Shown here piece after piece: positions 37,725-49,180 of a stretch of DNA of 64,000 nt. The DNA is from Candidatus Nomurabacteria bacterium. GTDB lineage: Bacteria > Patescibacteriota > Minisyncoccia > Phycocordibacterales > UBA9973. Made by a program: the position numbers and the translations under genes. Position 1 is the stretch's first letter; each line of letters opens with the position of its first letter. Location of the stretch: assembly GCA_052035405.1 (NCBI GenBank), contig JBPOHQ010000003.1, forward strand, positions 5,878 through 69,877, read 5' to 3'. Under the pieces are notes generated by a model, which saw only the letters and a program-made list of their open reading frames with translations, had not been told where the DNA came from and did not search any database.

Positions 37725-39875
37725 ATGGACCAAAGAGATTATCCACTAGAGAAAGTTAGAAATTTTGGAATTATTGCTCACATCGACGCAGGTAAAACTA
37801 CTACGACTGAGCGTGTTTTGTTTTATACGGGTGTGTCACACAAGATAGGTGAAGTTCACGACGGAGAGACTACTACTGACTGGATGGAACAAGAGCGAGA
37901 GCGAGGTATCACGATTACCTCTGCTGCGGTTACTTGTTTCTGGACACCTACATACGATCCAAAAAACAAAAATCTAAAACACAGATTCAATATCATCGAT
38001 ACTCCTGGTCACATAGACTTTACAGTGGAAGTAAAGAGATCTCTTCGTGTCCTTGACGGTGCTGTCGTTGTGTTCGACGGTGTTGCTGGAGTAGAACCTC
38101 AATCAGAAACAAACTGGCGTTATGCTGATGAAGCAAATGTTCCTCGTATTTGTTTTATCAATAAACTCGATCGTACTGGTGCTTCTTTTGAACACTCATA
38201 TAAAACTATTCTCGATAGACTTACAAAGAAAGCTGTACGTGTACAGATCCCAATAGGAGTAGAAGATAAGCATGAAGGAGTTATCGACCTTTTGAAAATG
38301 AAGGCATATTACTTTGAAGGTGATATGGGTAATCAGGTGATCGAAAAAGATATCCCAGAAGAATACAAAAAAGAAGCAGAAGGATATCATGCTGAACTTG
38401 TAGAAAAGATAGTTGAGCAAGATGAAGCCCTCATGACTGAATACTTGGAAGGAATGGTTCCTAGTTATGAAACTTTAAAGAAAGTATTACGTAAAGCTGT
38501 TATTGCGAATCAGATTTTCCCAGTCTTCGCTGGATCTGCGTTAAAGAATAAAGGAGTACAGTTAGTGCTTGATGCTGTTGTAGATTACTTACCAGCTCCG
38601 ACAGACATCCCACCTATCCCTGGGGTAAACCCTGATACTGACGAACCTATGGTTCGTAAAGCTTCCGACTCTGAGCCTTTTTCAGCTCTTGCATTCAAGG
38701 TTGCTACTGACCCATTCGTAGGACAAATTATTTTCTTCAGAGTTTATTCAGGAACTCTTGCTGCGGGAAGTTATGTATATAATCCTCGTACACGAAACAA
38801 AGAAAGAATTGGACGTATTCTTCGAATGCACGCAAATGATCGTGAAGAGGTGAAGAAAGTGTACGCTGGAGAAATTGCTGCTGCAGTAGGACTTAAAGAT
38901 ACTATTACTTCAGATACTCTCTGCGATGAAGAAGCACCAGTAGAGTTAAACAGAATTGTCTTCCCAGAACCAGTTATAAACCTTCGCATAGAACCAAAGA
39001 CAAAAGCTGATCAAGAAAAAATGGGTATGGCATTAAATCGTCTTGCACAAGAAGACCCTACTTTTAAAGTGGTGACTGACCAAGAAACAGGGGAGACTAT
39101 TATTGCAGGTATGGGAGAGCTTCATCTTGAAATCATCGTTGATCGTATGAAAAGAGAGTTTGCTGTTGAAGCAAATGTTGGTAAGCCACAAGTAGCATAC
39201 AGAGAGACTATCAACAGTCCTGCTGAAGCAGAAGGTAAGTACATCAAGCAGTCTGGAGGACGCGGTAACTACGGTCACGTAAAGATTAAAGTGAAGCCTA
39301 TGGTTGCTCTTACTAAAGAAGAAATCGAAGACTTACCAAAGAACACAAAGAGAAGTGATGGATTTGAATTTATCAACAGTATCAAAGGAGGTGCTATTCC
39401 TCAAGAATATATCGCTCCTTGTGAAAAAGGATTCAAAGAAGGTCTTGATCGAGGTATTCTTGCAGGCTTCAAAATGGTGAATGTTTCTGTTGAACTTTGG
39501 GATGGATCTTTCCACGAAGTAGACTCTAACGAAATGGCTTTCAAAATCGCAGCTTCTATGGCTATCCAAGATGCATGTAAGAGTGCTCGCCCAGTAATCT
39601 TAGAGCCTATGATGAAAGTAGAAGTAGTTACACCAGATAAATTCATGGGAGACGTTACAGGAAACCTTTCTTCAAAACGTGGAATCATCGAAGGTATGGA
39701 AGATGTGGGAATGAACAAAGTTGTGAAGGCTATTGTTCCTCTCTCCGAAATGTTCGGTTACATGACAGGACTTCGCTCTATGACAGAAGGCCGTGCATCA
39801 TTCACTATGGAATTCCTTCGTTATGATACAGTGCCGAACAACGTAGCTGAGACTATCATCGCAGGTAGAAAATAA
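37725..39875 (+). CDS. fusA: Elongation factor G
   Basis: [28 protein letters not shown], full five-domain length. Confidence 0.95.
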   Translation: MDQRDYPLEKVRNFGIIAHIDAGKTTTTERVLFYTGVSHKIGEVHDGETTTDWMEQERERGITITSAAVTCFWTPTYDPKNKNLKHRFNIIDTPGHIDFTVEVKRSLRVLDGAVVVFDGVAGVEPQSETNWRYADEANVPRICFINKLDRTGASFEHSYKTILDRLTKKAVRVQIPIGVEDKHEGVIDLLKMKAYYFEGDMGNQVIEKDIPEEYKKEAEGYHAELVEKIVEQDEALMTEYLEGMVPSYETLKKVLRKAVIANQIFPVFAGSALKNKGVQLVLDAVVDYLPAPTDIPPIPGVNPDTDEPMVRKASDSEPFSALAFKVATDPFVGQIIFFRVYSGTLAAGSYVYNPRTRNKERIGRILRMHANDREEVKKVYAGEIAAAVGLKDTITSDTLCDEEAPVELNRIVFPEPVINLRIEPKTKADQEKMGMALNRLAQEDPTFKVVTDQETGETIIAGMGELHLEIIVDRMKREFAVEANVGKPQVAYRETINSPAEAEGKYIKQSGGRGNYGHVKIKVKPMVALTKEEIEDLPKNTKRSDGFEFINSIKGGAIPQEYIAPCEKGFKEGLDRGILAGFKMVNVSVELWDGSFHEVDSNEMAFKIAASMAIQDACKSARPVILEPMMKVEVVTPDKFMGDVTGNLSSKRGIIEGMEDVGMNKVVKAIVPLSEMFGYMTGLRSMTEGRASFTMEFLRYDTVPNNVAETIIAGRK

Positions 39876-39916
39876 AATTCTCTTTTTTCTTAACGAGTGT
39901 TATAATAAAAAAATAT

Positions 39917-41458
39917 ATGAATCCTAATACATTAGAAAAAACTAAGTCTTTTTTGTTTCGTAAAAAAATTATTGTGCCTACTTTAATAGTGGTTGCTATC
40001 GTTGGGTTTTTTATTTCCAAAAATGGAGACAACATTACCATAGCAAAAGTTGAATCCAAAACAGGTAATTTGATCCAAACAGTTAGAGCTACAGGACAGG
40101 TAACTTCAGAGACTGACTTAAGTTTATTTTTTAATAAACAAGGTGTCGTAAAAAAAGTAGAAGTAAAAGTTGGGGACAAGGTTGCCCCAAATCAGATTCT
40201 TGCTACTTTAGATTCAAAAAGTGAATACGCCAAAGTAACAGAAGCTCGGGGAGCACTACTTGCAGCTAAAGCAAGATTGCAGAAAGTAATAGAAGGTGCA
40301 ACAAATGAAGAGATAAATTTAGCAAAAGTATCTCTTGCTAATGCAAAGAGAGATTTTGAAAGCACAAAGAAACAACAAGATACATTAGTTGCTAATGCTT
40401 ACAATAAAGTTTTAAATTCCGCCTTTGAAGCTATACCACAAGGTTCTGCTACTAGTGCATCTGCTCCTACTGTGAGTGGGGTATATAAATTAGGCACAGA
40501 AGGAGTGATAAATGTATCTGTTTACAGTACGGGAGATGGTTTAAAGTTTTCTACTACAGGGCTAGTTACTGAAATAGGATCTGTGAGTACTACTACATCT
40601 CAACAAATAGGTAATACTGGACTTTATCTGTTGTTTCCAACAAATTCTAATTTAAGTGGTTCTAATTTTGTTATACATATTCCAAATAAAAATGCATCTG
40701 ATTATTTAGCAAATGAAAATGCGTATAAGTCTGCTATAGAAACTCGTGAAGTTGCTTTATCTTCGGGTACAGCGTTGATAGATCAGAAAAATGCTGAACT
40801 TGATTTAAAACTTGCTAAAGCAAGGAATTCTGACATTGACCTTGCTCGTGCAGATGTTGTTTCTGCAGAAGGAGGTCTTGAGCAAGCACAAGCGAATTAT
40901 GAAAATAATATTATTCGTGCACCCAAAGCTGGTACTGTTACTAAGGTTGATATCAAAGATGGAGAGATTGCTGATGCAAAGACAGGAGTAATAGACATTG
41001 AAGACGTTGAAAATCTATATGTTGAAGTGTTAATAAATGAATCAAATATTGCAAACATAACACTCGATCAACCAGTGGAGGTTACCTTCGATGCTTTAGG
41101 AGATTTAATTAAATTTACGGGAGTAGTTGCGCAGATAGATCCTTCATCAGTAACTACTGATGGCATTGTAAATTATAAGATCAAAGTATCTATTAATGAG
41201 AAAGACCCAAATATCCGTCCTGGTATGAATTCTGAAGTTAGTATAGTTACCCTAAACAAAGCAAATGTTTTCTCTATTCCAAAAGCGGCAATTACAGAGA
41301 GGGATGGAAAATCGTATGTGTTTGTTGTAACAAATGAAAAAAGTAAAAAATACAAAGAGGTTGAGGTATCTACAGGATTAGTCGGAGATGGAAACATGAT
41401 AGAAATATTGTCTGGTGTAACAAATGCAGACTATGTAGCTATAGTTACAAAGAAATAA
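39917..41458 (+). CDS. HlyD/MacA-family membrane fusion (periplasmic adaptor) protein
   Basis: N-terminal TM anchor, long coiled-coil/lipoyl-like region. Heads an operon with an FtsX-like permease and an ABC ATPase. Confidence 0.7.
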   Translation: MNPNTLEKTKSFLFRKKIIVPTLIVVAIVGFFISKNGDNITIAKVESKTGNLIQTVRATGQVTSETDLSLFFNKQGVVKKVEVKVGDKVAPNQILATLDSKSEYAKVTEARGALLAAKARLQKVIEGATNEEINLAKVSLANAKRDFESTKKQQDTLVANAYNKVLNSAFEAIPQGSATSASAPTVSGVYKLGTEGVINVSVYSTGDGLKFSTTGLVTEIGSVSTTTSQQIGNTGLYLLFPTNSNLSGSNFVIHIPNKNASDYLANENAYKSAIETREVALSSGTALIDQKNAELDLKLAKARNSDIDLARADVVSAEGGLEQAQANYENNIIRAPKAGTVTKVDIKDGEIADAKTGVIDIEDVENLYVEVLINESNIANITLDQPVEVTFDALGDLIKFTGVVAQIDPSSVTTDGIVNYKIKVSINEKDPNIRPGMNSEVSIVTLNKANVFSIPKAAITERDGKSYVFVVTNEKSKKYKEVEVSTGLVGDGNMIEILSGVTNADYVAIVTKK

Positions 41459-42732
41459 TGATTCAAAAAAAAGCTCAAAATTCTTTTTCTCAAAACGTAT
41501 CTGTAGGTTGGTTTTTGGCCAAGCGTGAACTTCGTCGTGCAAACATTTGGACAACTTCTCTAATTGTGTTAGTCATGACATTAACTTTTCTCAATTTAAT
41601 TGTTGTCTCAGGAATATTAGTAGGATTAATACAGGGTTCAGAAGATGCTCAAAAGAAATATGCTATCGGTGATATTGTAATTTCACCATTTTTAAATCGT
41701 GCCTCCATACTACAGACTCCAGAAGTCGTGAAAATAGTTAAAACTATTCCAGGTTATAAAAATCACACTGTTAGGTATTCTGGTGGTGCACGAGTTGAGT
41801 CTAATTATCGAGAGACCATAGCTCCAGGAGAAAAACGTGATGGAGCAGGGGCATCTGTCTTAGGGATAGACCCTATCGCTGAAGAGAATTTTTCTGGTAT
41901 TTCAAAGTTTGTCATAAGAGGTAGTTATTTAAGTCCGAGTGACGGTGATAGTATATTGATAGGTAAGAATTTACTTTATGAATTTACTCCTATTGAAGCA
42001 CCTGGATTTCAGACTTTGAAAAATGTAGAAGTCGGTTCACGTGTGAAAGTAACAGCGGGGGAGACAGAAAAAGAGTATTTTGTAAAAGGAATTATTTCTT
42101 CCAAAGTAGATGAATTTGATACCTCCCTTGTTATGATAGAAAGTGAAGCAAGGCACTTGCTTAACAGGACTGATTTAGATGCAAATACTATAGCAATACA
42201 AATACTTTCAGGCACAGATCCATTACAAGCACAGAAATTCTTGTTAGATAGTGGTGTGGGGGAAAATGCTCGTGTGCAAACCGCAGATGAAGCTTTTCCT
42301 AAATTTTTGAAAGACATAAAAGAAACTTTCAGGATACTGGGTACTGTCATTTCTGGCATCGGCCTTGTTGTGGCTTCTATAACCATTTTTATTGTTATAT
42401 TCGTCAATGCTATAACTCGTCGAAGGTTTATCGGAATACTTAAGGGTATAGGTATAAATAAAAAAGCTATTCTATACTCCTATATGTATCAAGCAACTAT
42501 TTATGCCTCACTCGGTATAATTTTTGGTATGATTTTAGTCTTTGGCCTGATTAAGCCATACTTTGCAGCCAATCCTATTAACTTTCCTTTTTCTGATGGT
42601 ATCCTTGTGGCTACTGTACCAGGTGCCATGTCACAAGCATTTATATTACTTATAACAACAATGATAGCTGGGTACATACCTGCAAATATAGTTATTAAGC
42701 AAAATACATTGAGTGCAATCTTAGGAAGATAA
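41458..42732 (+). CDS. ABC transporter permease, MacB/FtsX-like family
   Basis: TM1, large periplasmic domain, then 3 C-terminal TM segments (FtsX domain). Overlaps the upstream stop. Confidence 0.75.
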   Translation: MIQKKAQNSFSQNVSVGWFLAKRELRRANIWTTSLIVLVMTLTFLNLIVVSGILVGLIQGSEDAQKKYAIGDIVISPFLNRASILQTPEVVKIVKTIPGYKNHTVRYSGGARVESNYRETIAPGEKRDGAGASVLGIDPIAEENFSGISKFVIRGSYLSPSDGDSILIGKNLLYEFTPIEAPGFQTLKNVEVGSRVKVTAGETEKEYFVKGIISSKVDEFDTSLVMIESEARHLLNRTDLDANTIAIQILSGTDPLQAQKFLLDSGVGENARVQTADEAFPKFLKDIKETFRILGTVISGIGLVVASITIFIVIFVNAITRRRFIGILKGIGINKKAILYSYMYQATIYASLGIIFGMILVFGLIKPYFAANPINFPFSDGILVATVPGAMSQAFILLITTMIAGYIPANIVIKQNTLSAILGR

Positions 42733-42742
42733 ATTAAAAACA

Positions 42743-43423
42743 ATGATTGAAGTAAAAAACCTTAAAAAAATATTCCAAAGTGGTGATCAAGAGATTGTTG
42801 CACTAAACAACCTTTCTTTTTCTGTCCCCCAAGGTCAGTTTTTAACAGTTACAGGGAAGTCGGGAAGTGGAAAGTCTACACTTTTATATCAACTTGGCCT
42901 CTTAGATATCCCTACAAGTGGAGAAGTGTACATAGACGGCACAGAAGCCACTATGCAAAATGAGAGTGCTCGCACCCTTTCAAGACTGAATGATTTAGGA
43001 TATATCTTTCAAGATTATGCGATACTTCCTTCCCTCACTGCTCTCGAAAATACCATGCTCCCGCTTCTTATGCAGGGTTATGATAAAAAAGAGGCAACTG
43101 AAAAAGCTAAAAAAGCTCTCGACAAAGTCGGACTCCTAGATCGTATGAATAACTTGCCTTCAGCTCTATCTGGAGGTCAACAGCAGCGTGTGTCTATCGC
43201 TCGTGCTATATCCCACGATCCAAAAATTATCTTTGCTGATGAGCCTACTGCAAATCTAGACTCTGAAACCTCTCATCATGTCATTGAAGCTTTTGTGAAA
43301 TTAAACCAAGAAGGTCAAACCATCATTATGGTTACTCACGAAGAAGAGTATGCAAAAATGGCTCACCGTACTATCACTATGGCAGATGGGAATATTGTGA
43401 GTGACACTATGAACACAAAATAG
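42743..43423 (+). CDS. ABC transporter ATP-binding protein (MacB/LolD-like)
   Basis: Walker A GKSGSGKST, signature LSGGQQQRVSIARA, Walker B IIFADEPT. Confidence 0.9.
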   Translation: MIEVKNLKKIFQSGDQEIVALNNLSFSVPQGQFLTVTGKSGSGKSTLLYQLGLLDIPTSGEVYIDGTEATMQNESARTLSRLNDLGYIFQDYAILPSLTALENTMLPLLMQGYDKKEATEKAKKALDKVGLLDRMNNLPSALSGGQQQRVSIARAISHDPKIIFADEPTANLDSETSHHVIEAFVKLNQEGQTIIMVTHEEEYAKMAHRTITMADGNIVSDTMNTK

Positions 43424-43508
43424 CCTCTATAAAGCGAGACTTGAATAATATAACTGTTGACTTTTAACTATATATATGTTATTTATTGAGTGAATTAAAT
43501 TCTTCGCT

Positions 43509-43673
43509 ATGTCAATCTATAAAAAATTATTGGAAGCACTAACTGCACGGCGTCACCATGTCGTGTACAGTAAGTTTAAAAAACCGGAGGAACAAACAAG
43601 TCTGTTTCAGCGTATTTCAAAAGCCATGAATTTTTTACAGGAAAAACGCGATCAAACAAAAAAACCCCCGTAG
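43509..43673 (+). CDS. Possible small basic protein (54 aa) not in ORF track
   Basis: ATG...TAG in-frame: MSIYKKLLEALTARRHHVVYSKFKKPEEQTSLFQRISKAMNFLQEKRDQTKKPP. The stop lies inside a large hairpin. Confidence 0.2.
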   Translation: MSIYKKLLEALTARRHHVVYSKFKKPEEQTSLFQRISKAMNFLQEKRDQTKKPP

Positions 43674-43793
43674 TTTGAACTTAAGTAGTTTCAATTTAAT
43701 CCCCTAGACGCTGTGTAGTTGCTCCGCATGAGAGCTTAAGACTACTACCGCTCTGGGGTTTTTTATTTAGCCATTGTTCATGGACTAGAGGGT

Positions 43794-43821
43794 TTGACAT
43801 TCTTTTCTAATCTGCTATTAT
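43794..43821 (+). promoter_or_regulatory. Sigma70-like promoter upstream of tuf (TTGACA-16-TATTAT)
   Basis: Near-consensus hexamers ~130 nt upstream of the tuf start. Confidence 0.5.
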
Positions 43822-43952
43822 AGTCTGTAACTGCACTTTCGCAGTTTTTTAGTTGGTAATTTTAAAAATTTATTATTAGTTTAATTAATTTAGTAATTAG
43901 GCCTTAGCAACACGATCGTATGTTGAGTTCTAGTTAGTAAAACAAAAAATAT

Positions 43953-45146
43953 ATGGCAGAAGAATTTAAAAGAGACAAGCCACACGTAAACGTGGGAACT
44001 ATCGGTCACGTTGACCATGGAAAGACTACATTAACAGCGGCTATTTTAAACGTGCTTAACCTAGCAGGTAACACTGTTCGTATGAAAAGCGTTGACCAAA
44101 TCGACGGAGCTCCAGAAGAAAAAGCTCGTGGTATTACTATCAACATCTCTCACAATGAGTATGAAACAGCTGCTCGTCACTATGCACACATCGATGCTCC
44201 TGGACACGCTGACTACATCAAGAACATGATCACTGGTGCTGCTCAAATGGACGGTTCTATCCTTGTAGTTGCTGCGACTGATGGTGCTATGCCTCAGACT
44301 CGTGAGCACGTTTTGCTTGCAAAACAAGTTGGAGTACCTAAAATTATCGTATTCTTAAACAAGTGCGATACGGTTGATGATAATGACATGATTGACCTCG
44401 TTGAAGAGGAAATTCGTGAACTTCTTACAAAGCAAGGATTCGATGGAAAAGGCGCTCCTGTTATTCGTGGTTCTGCTTTAAAAGCCCTTGAAGCTACAGA
44501 CATAAACGATCCTTGGGCTCAGAAAGTTGTTGAACTTACAAATGCTCTTGATACATATATCCCAGTTCCAGAAAGAGATGTTGCAAAACCTTTCCTTATG
44601 CCTGTTGAAGACATATTCTCAATCGAAGGCCGTGGAACAGTTGTTACAGGTAAAATCGAAAGAGGTGTAATCAAGGTTGGTGAAGAAATCGAAGTTGTTG
44701 GAATTAAGGCTACACAAAAATCAGTTGTTACTGGTATTGAAATGTTCAACAAGAACCTTCAAGAAGGTATGGCTGGAGACAATGCTGGAATCTTGCTCCG
44801 TGGTCTTAAGAAAGAAGATATCACACGTGGACAGGTTCTCTCTAAACCTGGTACAACTACTCCACATGATAACTTCACTGCCGAAATCTACGTATTAAAG
44901 AAAGAAGAAGGAGGACGTCATACTCCATTCTTTAAGGGTTACAAGCCTCAGTTCTACGTACGTACTACTGATGTAACTGGAGAAGTTACTCTACAAGAAG
45001 GTACAGAAATGGTTATGCCTGGAGATACAGTTAAAATTACTGTTAAATTAGTTACTCCTGTTGCACTTGAAGAGTCACAGAGATTCGCTATTCGTGAAGG
45101 AGGAAAGACTGTAGGTGCTGGAGTTGTTACAAAAATTCTTGCTTAA
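43953..45146 (+). CDS. tuf: Elongation factor Tu
   Basis: [33 protein letters not shown]. Confidence 0.97.
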   Translation: MAEEFKRDKPHVNVGTIGHVDHGKTTLTAAILNVLNLAGNTVRMKSVDQIDGAPEEKARGITINISHNEYETAARHYAHIDAPGHADYIKNMITGAAQMDGSILVVAATDGAMPQTREHVLLAKQVGVPKIIVFLNKCDTVDDNDMIDLVEEEIRELLTKQGFDGKGAPVIRGSALKALEATDINDPWAQKVVELTNALDTYIPVPERDVAKPFLMPVEDIFSIEGRGTVVTGKIERGVIKVGEEIEVVGIKATQKSVVTGIEMFNKNLQEGMAGDNAGILLRGLKKEDITRGQVLSKPGTTTPHDNFTAEIYVLKKEEGGRHTPFFKGYKPQFYVRTTDVTGEVTLQEGTEMVMPGDTVKITVKLVTPVALEESQRFAIREGGKTVGAGVVTKILA

Positions 45147-45164
45147 TTTACTTAATTAATTTTC

Positions 45165-45548
45165 ATGGAAAGTACAGAAACAAAAAAGAAGACTAAAGGT
45201 AAGGTTGTTGCGAAAGCAAAAGCGTCAAAGAAGGAAGACGGTACTGTTGTCTTACGTATCCGAGTTCGGGCTTATGAAAGCAAGATCTTAGATGCGTCTG
45301 TCAAACAAATCATCGATACAGCAATGCGGTATGACGCAGAAGTCGTTGGTCCTGTTCCTCTTCCTACTGAGATAAAGAAATACACAGTTAATCGTGCATC
45401 TTTCATCTATAAAAATGCTCGTGAGCAATTTGAAATGAGAGTACACAAGAGATTGATTGATATTGTAAATCCAAACGCAAAAACAGTAGAAGCCCTTACT
45501 AACCTATCTTTACCTTCCGGAGTCGATATCGACGTGAAGATGATGTAA
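45165..45548 (+). CDS. rpsJ: 30S ribosomal protein S10 with N-terminal Lys-rich extension
   Basis: LRIRVRAYESKILDASVKQIIDTA...GPVPLPT S10 core. Confidence 0.9.
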   Translation: MESTETKKKTKGKVVAKAKASKKEDGTVVLRIRVRAYESKILDASVKQIIDTAMRYDAEVVGPVPLPTEIKKYTVNRASFIYKNAREQFEMRVHKRLIDIVNPNAKTVEALTNLSLPSGVDIDVKMM

Positions 45549-45563
45549 GAATAATAAATATTT

Positions 45564-46178
45564 ATGAAATTCATTCTTGGAGTAAAACAGAATATGATGG
45601 AGTATTTTACCGAAGACGGTGTGGTTACTCCTGTAACAATCGTTACTGCTGGTCCTGTCGTAGTAACTCAAGTTAAAACAAAAGCAACAGATGGCTATAA
45701 TGCTGTACAAGTTGGTTTTGGTACTAAGGGTGCTAAAAATATCAGTAAAGCAGTCAAAGGACATTTGAAAGATTTAGGAAACTTTAGATTCATAAAAGAA
45801 TTTAGACTGAAAGAAGAACCAACTCAAAAAGTAGGGGACACAATGAGTATTGCAGACATCTTCGAAGTTGGGGATAAGTTGCAGGTTTCTTCTACTTCAA
45901 AAGGTAAAGGCTTCCAAGGTGTTGTAAAACGTCATGGTTTCCACGGAGGGCCTCGTTCACACGGACAGAAACACTCAGAACGTGAGCCTGGTTCTATCGG
46001 TGGAGGTCTACGTACACACGTTCCAAAAGGAATGCGTATGGCAGGAAGAATGGGATCTGATCGTATCACTCAGAAAAATCTAAAAGTTGTATTCCTTGAT
46101 CAAGAAAATAATATATTGCTTATAAAAGGTGCGATTCCAGGAGTACGAGGATCTTTAGTTGAAATAGTCAGCAAATAA
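45564..46178 (+). CDS. rplC: 50S ribosomal protein L3
   Basis: VTQVKTKATDGYNAVQVGFG...GKGFQGVVKRHGF. Confidence 0.9.
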   Translation: MKFILGVKQNMMEYFTEDGVVTPVTIVTAGPVVVTQVKTKATDGYNAVQVGFGTKGAKNISKAVKGHLKDLGNFRFIKEFRLKEEPTQKVGDTMSIADIFEVGDKLQVSSTSKGKGFQGVVKRHGFHGGPRSHGQKHSEREPGSIGGGLRTHVPKGMRMAGRMGSDRITQKNLKVVFLDQENNILLIKGAIPGVRGSLVEIVSK

Positions 46179-46189
46179 TTTGAAATAAC

Positions 46190-46852
46190 ATGGAAGCAAA
46201 AATATACAACCAAAAAGGTAAGGAAGTAGAAGCAATAAAACTACCAGCACGAGTATTCGCTGCAAAGTGGCGTTCTGACTTAGTTCACCAAGTAGTAGAG
46301 AGTATGCGTTCAAACAAGCGTGCTGGTACTGCGGACACAAAAGATCGTGGTGAAGTTTCAGGAGGTGGTAAAAAGCCTTGGAAACAAAAAGGAACAGGAC
46401 GTGCTCGTCATGGATCTTCACGATCTCCTATCTGGGTAGGTGGAGGTGTTACTCATGGTCCACTTTCAGACAAGAACTACAAGAGAAAAATCTCAAAGAA
46501 AATGCGTGCTCAAGCTCTTTTCTCAGTACTTTCAAAGAAGCTTAAAGATGGTGAAATAATTTTCGTTGATTCTCTTACTGTTTCAAAAATAAATACAAAA
46601 GAAGGAGTAGAAGTGATGAAGAACTTAGCAAAAGCTACTGGATACAAAGAGATAGCTCTATCAAAAAAACCTCGAGTATTAACTGCACTGTTTGGACGTA
46701 ATGAAAACGCAGAAAAATCTTTCCGAAATATTCCGTCTCTTGATATTGTCTTCTTAAAGAACTTAAATCCACTTGATATCTTAAACCACAAATACCTTTT
46801 AATAGAAAGTCCTACTGAGAGTATAAAATTTTTAGAATCTCGAGGAATGTAA
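46190..46852 (+). CDS. rplD: 50S ribosomal protein L4
   Basis: VHQVVESMRSNKRAGTADTKDRGEVSGGGKKPWKQKGTGRARHGS. Confidence 0.9.
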   Translation: MEAKIYNQKGKEVEAIKLPARVFAAKWRSDLVHQVVESMRSNKRAGTADTKDRGEVSGGGKKPWKQKGTGRARHGSSRSPIWVGGGVTHGPLSDKNYKRKISKKMRAQALFSVLSKKLKDGEIIFVDSLTVSKINTKEGVEVMKNLAKATGYKEIALSKKPRVLTALFGRNENAEKSFRNIPSLDIVFLKNLNPLDILNHKYLLIESPTESIKFLESRGM

Positions 46853-46859
46853 TAAATAT

Positions 46860-47144
46860 ATGGTAAAGAAAACAACAATCTTAATAAAAAATCCTAGAAT
46901 TACTGAAAAGGCTTCTATGGTAGGTGAGCAAAATATCTACACATTTGATGTGTTTGAAAATGCAAATAAAACAGAGATTAAAAAAGCTGTATTTGCGCTA
47001 TACAAAGTGAAGCCTACTAAAGTAAATGTAGTTACCATAAAAGAAAAGCAAGTACGTTCAAGAAAAGGTATAACAGGTACAAAGTCAGGAGGAAAAAAGG
47101 CTATTGTATATTTGAAGAAAGGAGACAAGATAGAACTTGTTTAA
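46860..47144 (+). CDS. rplW: 50S ribosomal protein L23
   Basis: IKNPRITEKAS...YTFDV...ANKTEIKKAVFALYKVKPTKVN. Confidence 0.9.
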   Translation: MVKKTTILIKNPRITEKASMVGEQNIYTFDVFENANKTEIKKAVFALYKVKPTKVNVVTIKEKQVRSRKGITGTKSGGKKAIVYLKKGDKIELV

Positions 47145-47161
47145 TATAAATACATAATACG

Positions 47162-48004
47162 ATGAAAAAATACAAACCTACAAGTAAATCACGAAGACAA
47201 ATGGCGACAGTCACCTACAAAGGTGTACTTACAAAAGGTGCAACTCCACACAAATCTTTAACTCATGGATTCAAGCGTAATGTTGGAAGAAATAGTGCTG
47301 GACGTATCACTATGCGTCATAAAGGAGGAGGACATAAGAGACTTTTCCGTGAAGTTGATTTTCTATATAATAAAAAAGATATTCCCGCAAAGATTACTAC
47401 TATTGAATATGATCCTAATCGAACCTCTTTTATTGGTCTTGCAGTATATAAAGACGGTGAGAAGAGATACGTTCTCATTCCAAAGAGTGTAAAGACCGGA
47501 GATAGTTTTATCGTATCAGAAAATGCCCCACTTATTCCTGGAAACAGACTACCTTTAAAAAATATTCCAGTTGGAACATTCGTATATAATATCGAAATCA
47601 AACCTATGGGTGGAGCAAAAATCGCTCGATCTGCAGGAATAGCCGCTCAAGTAGTTGCGAACGCTGATGGATATACAAACATCAAAATGCCTTCAACTGA
47701 AGTGCGAAAGATCAATGAAAAATGTTTTGCTTCTGTTGGTAATCTTTCAAATGAAGAACACCACTTAGAAAACTACGGAAAGGCTGGAAAGAGTCGCTGG
47801 ATGGGTATCAGACCTCGAGTTCGTGGTACTGCGATGAACCCAGTAGATCACCCATACGGTGGAGGTGAAGGACGACAGGGCCGAGGTACAAAGAGACCTA
47901 AGACTATGTGGGGTAAGGTTACAGGAGGACGAAAGACACGATCTCCAAAGAAATACTCAAACGTATTCCTCGTATCTCGAAGAAAAGTTGGAAAGAATAA
48001 ATAA
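47162..48004 (+). CDS. rplB: 50S ribosomal protein L2
   Basis: GRNSAGRITMRHKGGGHKR...GTAMNPVDHPYGGGEG. Confidence 0.95.
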   Translation: MKKYKPTSKSRRQMATVTYKGVLTKGATPHKSLTHGFKRNVGRNSAGRITMRHKGGGHKRLFREVDFLYNKKDIPAKITTIEYDPNRTSFIGLAVYKDGEKRYVLIPKSVKTGDSFIVSENAPLIPGNRLPLKNIPVGTFVYNIEIKPMGGAKIARSAGIAAQVVANADGYTNIKMPSTEVRKINEKCFASVGNLSNEEHHLENYGKAGKSRWMGIRPRVRGTAMNPVDHPYGGGEGRQGRGTKRPKTMWGKVTGGRKTRSPKKYSNVFLVSRRKVGKNK

Positions 48005-48014
48005 TATCTCTAAA

Positions 48015-48050
48015 AATAAAAATCCCTCGCGTTGCGGGGGATTTTTATTT
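48015..48050. terminator. Bidirectional terminator after rplB / TrmB-family gene
   Basis: aaaaatccctcgcgttgcgggggatttttattt. Confidence 0.7.
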
Positions 48051-48788
48051 GAGAAGAGACCACATGAGGTCAAACTTTTGTATTTCTGAATTACTTATAT
48101 CTTCACTTTCTATAACTAAAGTCATTAATTCTTTGTCGGTGGTGACTATTACAGTTTTGCCTGGAATAATAAAAGTATTCGATTGTATGACAGAGTATAA
48201 CGGTAAATATCTTACACTCCTTAATTCTTCTTCATTTGTGGTTTTTGTTGCTGCTTTTTCTTCGTTCGTATAACAAATCATTTTATACTGTATATTTTTA
48301 GCTATCCTTGTAGGAACAAAGTAATCTCTATCATAGGTAACTCCTATGAATTTATGGGCTTCAGCCAGGGACCCGATATGCCTGACTATGGTATTCGGTT
48401 TTTCTAAAAGTTCTTCTGCGGCTTTTTCAAAACCTTCAACACCGTAGTACATACGTACGATAGGTTTATTTTTTTTATTCTCATCACGCATAGTAGCTAT
48501 TAATTCAGGAACAAGTGCATCAAAAAGGGAAGAGGATTCATGAATCTTTTTTTGTATATATGCTGGGTGTGCAGGACGGATTACTTTCGTGTTTCCTTTG
48601 TTAAAGCGAGTAGCAAAACCACGTGCTTCAAGTCTTTCGACTATGTGGTGCACGGTAATGCGATTGAGTTTTGCCACGGCCGCAATGCGACTTACGGGCG
48701 CTTCACCGGATTTCAGCATTGCTGTGTATACACGAATCTCATTATCCGAGAAACCAAAGTTGTTTAGTATTTTCTTAATATCGTTCAT
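48045..48788 (-). CDS. TrmB-family transcriptional regulator (N-terminal wHTH), inserted in the S10 operon
   Basis: NEIRVYTAMLKSGEAPVSRIAAVAKLNRITVHHIVERLEARGF is a TrmB-type HTH. Likely start MNDIKK (48788) rather than 48821. Confidence 0.65.
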   Translation of the reverse strand: MNDIKKILNNFGFSDNEIRVYTAMLKSGEAPVSRIAAVAKLNRITVHHIVERLEARGFATRFNKGNTKVIRPAHPAYIQKKIHESSSLFDALVPELIATMRDENKKNKPIVRMYYGVEGFEKAAEELLEKPNTIVRHIGSLAEAHKFIGVTYDRDYFVPTRIAKNIQYKMICYTNEEKAATKTTNEEELRSVRYLPLYSVIQSNTFIIPGKTVIVTTDKELMTLVIESEDISNSEIQKFDLMWSLLK

Positions 48789-48972
48789 GTATTTAAAAAT
48801 TGTACATATTTTGTACAACAATAACTTTATTACTATACCATAAAACTCTTTATTTACAAGGTTTATATAGCTGCCCTAATTCTTGTTGGGTATATATGTA
48901 ATTTTACTGTACTTATTTAATAATAAGGATAGATTATTAGAAATATTCGATCTTTCACAAAAACAACATACT

Positions 48973-49161
48973 ATGAAAAACTATTTTAATAGTTGGGATT
49001 CCTTAACCACAGAAATCGAACAAACAAATACAGGAGTGAGGGGTGGTTGTGTTAAAGGAAAACATGGGCCCCACAACCCTAAAGAGAGTTTAACGGTTAC
49101 AGTAAGAACAGAGGAGGTTCAAATCAAAAAATGTAAAACATGTAAGGCGTTATATGTGTAA
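48973..49161 (+). CDS. Small hypothetical protein with zinc-ribbon-like Cys/His pattern (alternative start 48883)
   Basis: GGCVKGKHGPHNP...KKCKTCK. Followed by a strong terminator. Confidence 0.35.
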   Translation: MKNYFNSWDSLTTEIEQTNTGVRGGCVKGKHGPHNPKESLTVTVRTEEVQIKKCKTCKALYV

Positions 49162-49180
49162 GTATCTTGAGTGTAGTAGA

